From an uncultured Clostridia bacterium (lineage in GTDB: Bacteria > Bacillota > Clostridia > Peptostreptococcales > Anaerovoracaceae), in the NCBI GenBank assembly GCA_934281605.1, contig CAKQXD010000008.1, positions 15,114 to 79,113 on the forward strand: a stretch of 64,000 bases of DNA, written 5' to 3'. The notes beneath the pieces were generated by a model that ran no database searches, was not told the origin of the DNA, and was given only the letters and a program-made list of their open reading frames with translations. Positions 59,374 through 64,000 of the stretch are shown in pieces. The first letter of the stretch is position 1; every line of letters begins with the position of its first letter. A program made the position numbers and the translations under genes.

Positions 59374-60381
59374 TCACTCCGCCAGCAGCGTGCGTGTTTC
59401 AAAATCGATCGTCACCCGGGTGCCTTTGCCCGGCTGCGATGCGATAGAGATGGTGTGGGACAGCCTGCGTGAAATCTCCTTGCACAGATACAGACCGATT
59501 CCGGTAGACTTCTTGTCGATGCGGCCGTTGTAGCCGGTGAATCCCCGTTCACCCAGCCGTGGGATGTCCGCCGGATCGATGCCGATACCCGTGTCCTCAA
59601 TGACCAGTGACGCCGGATCTTCCTGATAGATATGGATGGAACCGGTGCGGGTGTACTTGAGGGAATTGGACAGGATCTGCTCGATCATGAACTGGGCCCA
59701 TTTCTCATCGGTGAGGACGGTGGCCGTCATGGGATCCATCTCCAGAGAGATCTTCTTGGCGATGAACATGGGAGCATATTTGCGGACTGCCGGTTTCACG
59801 ATGTCTTCTAATGGCAGCCTGCGGATCACGTAGTCCGTCGAATTGGACTTGAGCCGTGCATAGGAAAGAACCATTTCTACATACTGCTCGATCTTAAACA
59901 GCTCCAGATTCAGAGGCGAATTTTTTTCTTCTTTCGCCAGCAGCAGGCGCATGGCCTGGATGGGGACTTTGATCTGGTGGACCCACATGGCGTAGTAGTC
60001 CTGCAGGAAGTTTTTCGATTCCGCTGTTTCCGTCAGGATGCGGTTCTGCTCCGTGTGGAGGAGTTCAAGCAGCTGCTGGTAATCCTGCTCCAGCGGCGTG
60101 CGGGCCGGGGGCAGGGTTTCCAGGCTGACGGTGATGGTCTGCATCGCCTCCTGCAGTTTGCGCCTGGTCTGACAGAACCGGGAAAAGTCGATACCGACGG
60201 CGATGCTCCCGATGATGAAACAGATGCTCCCGGCGAAAAGCAGGCAGTCTGTACTGATATGATAGAGGTAGAAGATCCCTGCGCAGATCAGGAAAAACAG
60301 CAGCAGGATCAGGATGATACCCTTTTTCTGCCGCAGGTAGGCCATGAAGTTTTTTCGGTAAAAATGGTGTTTCGTGTTCAT
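59374..60381 (-). CDS. sensor histidine kinase (BceS-like, intramembrane-sensing)
   Basis: two N-terminal TM helices with a short loop, H-box, HATPase motifs (GTGIGL). Confidence 0.65.
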   Translation of the reverse strand: MNTKHHFYRKNFMAYLRQKKGIILILLLFFLICAGIFYLYHISTDCLLFAGSICFIIGSIAVGIDFSRFCQTRRKLQEAMQTITVSLETLPPARTPLEQDYQQLLELLHTEQNRILTETAESKNFLQDYYAMWVHQIKVPIQAMRLLLAKEEKNSPLNLELFKIEQYVEMVLSYARLKSNSTDYVIRRLPLEDIVKPAVRKYAPMFIAKKISLEMDPMTATVLTDEKWAQFMIEQILSNSLKYTRTGSIHIYQEDPASLVIEDTGIGIDPADIPRLGERGFTGYNGRIDKKSTGIGLYLCKEISRRLSHTISIASQPGKGTRVTIDFETRTLLAE

Positions 60382-61055
60382 GGGATCATGTACCCGATTC
60401 CTTTCTTGGTTTTGATGAGATCCGTGATCCCGATGGAGGCCAGCGTCTTGCGGAGGCGGGCGATATTGACGGATAATGTATTCTCGTCAACGAAGCAGTC
60501 CGTTTCCCACAGCTGGCTCATCATGGCGTCGCGGCTGACCACTTCGCCTGCGTGCTCCAGCAGGATGGCCAGGATCTTGTTTTCGTTCTTAGAGAGCTCA
60601 GCCCGCTTGCCCTCGTAGTCCACTGTGCAGGCGGTGGTGTTGAGGAGGATGCCGCCGTGCTCCAGTGCTCCCGTCTCCTGCTGGGCGTTGAAGTCGTAGG
60701 AGCGGCGCAGCAGGGCCTGGATCTTGGTAAGGAGCACCTGCATTTCAAAGGGCTTGGCGACGAAATCGTCTCCGCCCATGTTGATGGCCATGATGACGTT
60801 CATGTCGTCCCCTGCGGAGGAAATGAACATGATGGGCGTCTTGGAGATCTTGCGGATCTCGCTGCACCAGTGATAGCCGTTATAAAACGGCAGGGAAATA
60901 TCCAGCAGGGTCAGGTGAGGATCGCAGGCCAGAAATTCCTCCGTCACGTGCTGAAAGTCGCTGCAGATATGCGGTTCAAAGCCCCAGCGGGTCAGTCCCT
61001 CTGCGATGGCTGTTGCGATGACGTCATCGTCTTCCACCAGAAAGATCCGGTACAT
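60378..61055 (-). CDS. OmpR-family response regulator (BceR-like)
   Basis: MYRIFLVEDDD receiver domain; winged-helix C-terminus. Confidence 0.7.
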   Translation of the reverse strand: MYRIFLVEDDDVIATAIAEGLTRWGFEPHICSDFQHVTEEFLACDPHLTLLDISLPFYNGYHWCSEIRKISKTPIMFISSAGDDMNVIMAINMGGDDFVAKPFEMQVLLTKIQALLRRSYDFNAQQETGALEHGGILLNTTACTVDYEGKRAELSKNENKILAILLEHAGEVVSRDAMMSQLWETDCFVDENTLSVNIARLRKTLASIGITDLIKTKKGIGYMIP

Positions 61056-61116
61056 AGGCTTCTCCTTTCGTCTGTTATTATTATGAAAAAGGCTGCGAGA
61101 AACCGCAGCCCTAGCG

Positions 61117-62298
61117 TTATCGTGTTAAAAGCGCCTGATACAGGGCAAAGCCCGAAAGCAGCAGGTCTTCTTCAAAATCAAAGTTGGTGCTGTGAAGGGG
61201 GATGCCCGTTCCCGTTCCCAGGACGAAGAATACTGCCGGAGCATACTGACCGTAGAAGGAAAAATCCTCGGAGATCATCAGGGGCAGAGGCATTTCCTCG
61301 TAGCCACCGTCAAGCTGCTGCAGCACCGGGCGGATCTCCTCATACAGTTCCTTGTCGTTGACTACCGGCGGGTAGCCGTCGCTGTGGGAAAATCCCGTAG
61401 TGCAGTGGTATTCTGCTTCGATTTTCTCCAGATTTTTCGTCAGGATGCCGATGATCTTCTGGAAGTGATCCTCGTCGTATGCCCGGACGGTTCCCAGCAG
61501 GTGGGAGTAGTCGGAGACGATGTTGCGGGCGTAGCCGCTCTCCATCTTGCCGAAGTGGATCAGAGTCCGTTCTTCCGGGACGTCGCACGGCGCGTAGGTC
61601 AGATCGCCCACCCCATCGGTGAAGCGGTGGATGGCGCCGAACATCTTAGAGTGATCGGCATACGTCCGCTTGACATAATCTGCGGTGATGTAAAGGGCGT
61701 CCAGTCCTTCATAAGGCGCCGTTCCATGAGCCGCCTTGCCGTTGATATCGACGTTGATCTCGGCGGATTTGGGCATGAAAGCTCCCGGACGGGAGGAAAT
61801 CACGCCTTTCGGCAGGAACGGCCACAGATGGATGCCGAACACTTGGCTGACATTGTATTTGGTGAAGATCCCGCTCTTGCAGATCTCTTCCGCGCCGCCC
61901 AGGGTTTCCTCGGCAGGCTGGAAGATGAGCAGGACATTGTGATCAAGTTCTTTGATCGTGTCGATGTATTCCCCGAAGGTGAGCACCATGGCCATGTGGC
62001 CGTCGTGACCGCAGGCGTGCATCCTGCCGGAATGGGTGGACACGTAGTCACATGGATTGACTTCCGTTACAGGCAGTCCGTCCATGTCGGATCGGAAGGC
62101 GTAGGTATCTGCCGCGCTCCGGTCGAACCAGGCGCAGATGCCGGAGCCGCACAGGAAGGTCAGTTCACAGTCCAGCTGCTCCAGTACGGATAAAAGATAT
62201 GCTTTTGTCTCCGGCAGATCCCGGTCCAGTTCGGGGATCTGGTGGAGGTTGCGGCGGTGTGTTTTCAGTTTTTCGAGATAAAGGCTGTTGTCTGTCAT
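61117..62298 (-). CDS. M20 family amidohydrolase (N-acyl-amino acid amidohydrolase/hippuricase type)
   Basis: HQIPEL, MHACGHDGH, M20D dimerisation region. Confidence 0.65.
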   Translation of the reverse strand: MTDNSLYLEKLKTHRRNLHQIPELDRDLPETKAYLLSVLEQLDCELTFLCGSGICAWFDRSAADTYAFRSDMDGLPVTEVNPCDYVSTHSGRMHACGHDGHMAMVLTFGEYIDTIKELDHNVLLIFQPAEETLGGAEEICKSGIFTKYNVSQVFGIHLWPFLPKGVISSRPGAFMPKSAEINVDINGKAAHGTAPYEGLDALYITADYVKRTYADHSKMFGAIHRFTDGVGDLTYAPCDVPEERTLIHFGKMESGYARNIVSDYSHLLGTVRAYDEDHFQKIIGILTKNLEKIEAEYHCTTGFSHSDGYPPVVNDKELYEEIRPVLQQLDGGYEEMPLPLMISEDFSFYGQYAPAVFFVLGTGTGIPLHSTNFDFEEDLLLSGFALYQALLTR

Positions 62299-62335
62299 AT
62301 AATGAAAAGTCCTTTCGTTTCTTTGTTCTCTGCTC

Positions 62336-63550
62336 TTAGATTCCGATTTTCAGCAGCTCGATGAACTGCTTGGCCGTCCGCGGACTTCTGCCGCTCTTGC
62401 GGATAGCATAGGCTTCCGCCCTGCGGAAGAGTTCCGCCTCGTCCATGTCCACGCCGTATTCTGCGGCCAGGGACTTGACGATAGCCAGGTATTCATCCTT
62501 ATCCGGTTTCTGGAAGGTGATGGTCAGACCGAACCGTGCGGAAAGGCTCATAGTTTCCTGCAGGGTATCGTTGACGTGGAGTTCGTCTCCGGTACGTTCG
62601 CTGAAGGTTTCCTTTACCAGGTGACGGCGGTTGCTGGTGGCGTAGATGGCCACGTTGTCGCCGCATCCGGAGATGCTGCCTTCCAGCGTCGCTTTCAGCG
62701 CCGAGAAGTTGTCGTCGCTGCCGTTGAAGCTCAGGTCGTCGATAAAGAGGATGAATTTCAGCGGGTTGGAGGCCAGCTCTTCCATCAGCTGCGGGATTTG
62801 GTACAGCTGGTTCTTCTTCACTTCGATGAGGCGCAGTCCCTGCGGGGCCAGAGCGGCTGCCACGGCCTTGACCGTAGAGCTTTTGCCCGTTCCGGCGTCT
62901 CCGTAGAGGAGCATATTGCTGGCGCTTTCACCGTTCGTCAGAGCCTGGGTGTTTTTTAGGATGAGATTCCGCTCCCGTTCGTATCCGAAGAGCTGATCCA
63001 GGGTCTGGTGATCCGGGTGAGCCACCGGTACGATCTCGCCGTTATCGAGACGGAAGAAGTTGTATTTCGCAAAGATCCCGTAGCCGGTCTTGGTGATATT
63101 CTTTAGTTTTTCTTCGAATTCTGCCTGAAAATCCGCTTTGTGGACGGTCCACTCCGGCAGGAATCCCTTGTAATCCAGGACCTCCCGGACGTCTGCGGGC
63201 GTCAGCGCTGCGATCTCCGCCAGGAGAAGCAGCTCCTGCTGAGCGGACTGACGGATCGCCTCCGGTACGGAGCGGCCGGCCGCCGTCTCCTTTACATAAA
63301 AATTATCGTCCTGCAGAAGCAGAGTATGGATGTAGTCGGTAAGGTCGGCAGACTCTTCGTAGAGCGCCGAGACGAAGTCGCTGTAGAGTGAAATCGCGTG
63401 ATCTGTCTCGCTGTCCGGCACGTACTTGTCCACGGCGTCCAGCAGGGCGTGGAGCTTCTGGAGCACATCATCGTTTTTGATGTGGGAGAAGACGGTCAGC
63501 GAATCTATTTTCCATTTTAATTCTTTGAGTTTTTTCTTCATGTAAGTCAC
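62336..63550 (-). CDS. DUF815-family AAA-like ATP-binding protein
   Basis: Walker A LLYGDAGTGKSS; Walker B ILFIDDL. Confidence 0.5.
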   Translation of the reverse strand: MTYMKKKLKELKWKIDSLTVFSHIKNDDVLQKLHALLDAVDKYVPDSETDHAISLYSDFVSALYEESADLTDYIHTLLLQDDNFYVKETAAGRSVPEAIRQSAQQELLLLAEIAALTPADVREVLDYKGFLPEWTVHKADFQAEFEEKLKNITKTGYGIFAKYNFFRLDNGEIVPVAHPDHQTLDQLFGYERERNLILKNTQALTNGESASNMLLYGDAGTGKSSTVKAVAAALAPQGLRLIEVKKNQLYQIPQLMEELASNPLKFILFIDDLSFNGSDDNFSALKATLEGSISGCGDNVAIYATSNRRHLVKETFSERTGDELHVNDTLQETMSLSARFGLTITFQKPDKDEYLAIVKSLAAEYGVDMDEAELFRRAEAYAIRKSGRSPRTAKQFIELLKIGI

Positions 63551-63658
63551 CTCTGTGCATATTTATCCTTTCTATTATACTATAAGTCTTGCTTTTCCAG
63601 AAATTTTTTTTTATGATGGTAGAGGTATTGAGAATTTATGCGGAGAAAGGATGCAGCG

Positions 63659-64000
63659 ATGAGACTGAATAAATATATTGCGGCGGCGGGGATCTGCAGC
63701 CGGAGAAAAGCGGATGAGCTGATTGCCAACGGCAACGTCAAGGTCAACGGCGCGGTGGTGCAGCAGATGGGCGTCGATGTAGGCGAAGGCGATGTGGTGA
63801 TGGTCAACGGCAAGGTACTGGATCACACGCCTAAGAAAAAGGTGTACGTGGCGGTAAACAAGCCGCTGGGTTATATCACGTCTATGGATGATGATAAGGA
63901 CCGGGCGACGGTGGCGGAACTGGTGGCGGATATTCCGGAGAGACTGTTTCCTGTGGGACGGCTGGATTACAATACGACGGGGCTCCTGATCATGACCAAC
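63659..64000 (+). CDS. RsuA/RluB-family rRNA pseudouridine synthase, 3' end beyond the window
   Basis: S4 domain MRLNKYIAAAGICSRRKADELI; catalytic region PVGRLDYNTTGLL. Confidence 0.65.
   Translation, partial: MRLNKYIAAAGICSRRKADELIANGNVKVNGAVVQQMGVDVGEGDVVMVNGKVLDHTPKKKVYVAVNKPLGYITSMDDDKDRATVAELVADIPERLFPVGRLDYNTTGLLIMTN

Overview
This window is from a Firmicutes (Clostridia-type, Lachnospiraceae-like) chromosome. Its conserved core is the complete S10-spc-alpha ribosomal protein cluster (rpsJ to rplQ, 27.0-42.5 kb, + strand, including secY, adk, map, infA and rpmJ), followed by two small hypothetical genes and a CIRCE-preceded clpB. Upstream housekeeping genes are an ApbE/NusG-domain-II/Gx-transporter trio, a GT2 (GtrB-like) plus YfhO glycosylation pair, a MocR regulator divergent from aroD, ecfA1-ecfA2-ecfT, trmB, an M23 peptidase, a DUF3791-DUF3990-DUF3791 cassette, an aminotransferase, a PC4/YdbC protein, a TGS-uridine-kinase fusion and a LUD-domain protein. 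Downstream are a J-domain/DUF5685 pair, a BceRS-BceAB-like module, an M20 amidohydrolase, a DUF815 ATPase and a partial pseudouridine synthase.

The unusual content is two accessory loci, each built around a SipW-type (S26B) signal peptidase and arrays of TasA/camelysin-family secreted proteins carrying the SipW-cognate (A[WY]F[TS]D) signal-peptide motif.

Locus A (1-8.1 kb) has an atypical SipW with a roughly 250-aa Pro/Ala/Gln-rich tail and six TasA-like paralogs. Four of these are fused to C-terminal parallel beta-helix-like domains, and they are separated by intergenic RNA-like structures whose stems covary.

Locus B (47.0-54.0 kb) has a canonical SipW, four small TasA-like proteins, a 991-aa VWA (MIDAS) plus CnaB/isopeptide-like giant protein, and a TasA-like protein with an LPXTG-like C-terminal membrane anchor. 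No sortase is present in the window. This arrangement suggests a sortase-independent, TasA-type fibre with a tip-adhesin-like component. I am not aware of a described system of this kind.

Other observations: a perfect sigma-A promoter plus terminator unit of about 78 nt (candidate sRNA), a cluster of GGATGA palindromes, a perfect CIRCE element upstream of clpB, and unusually long spacers inside the ribosomal operons.
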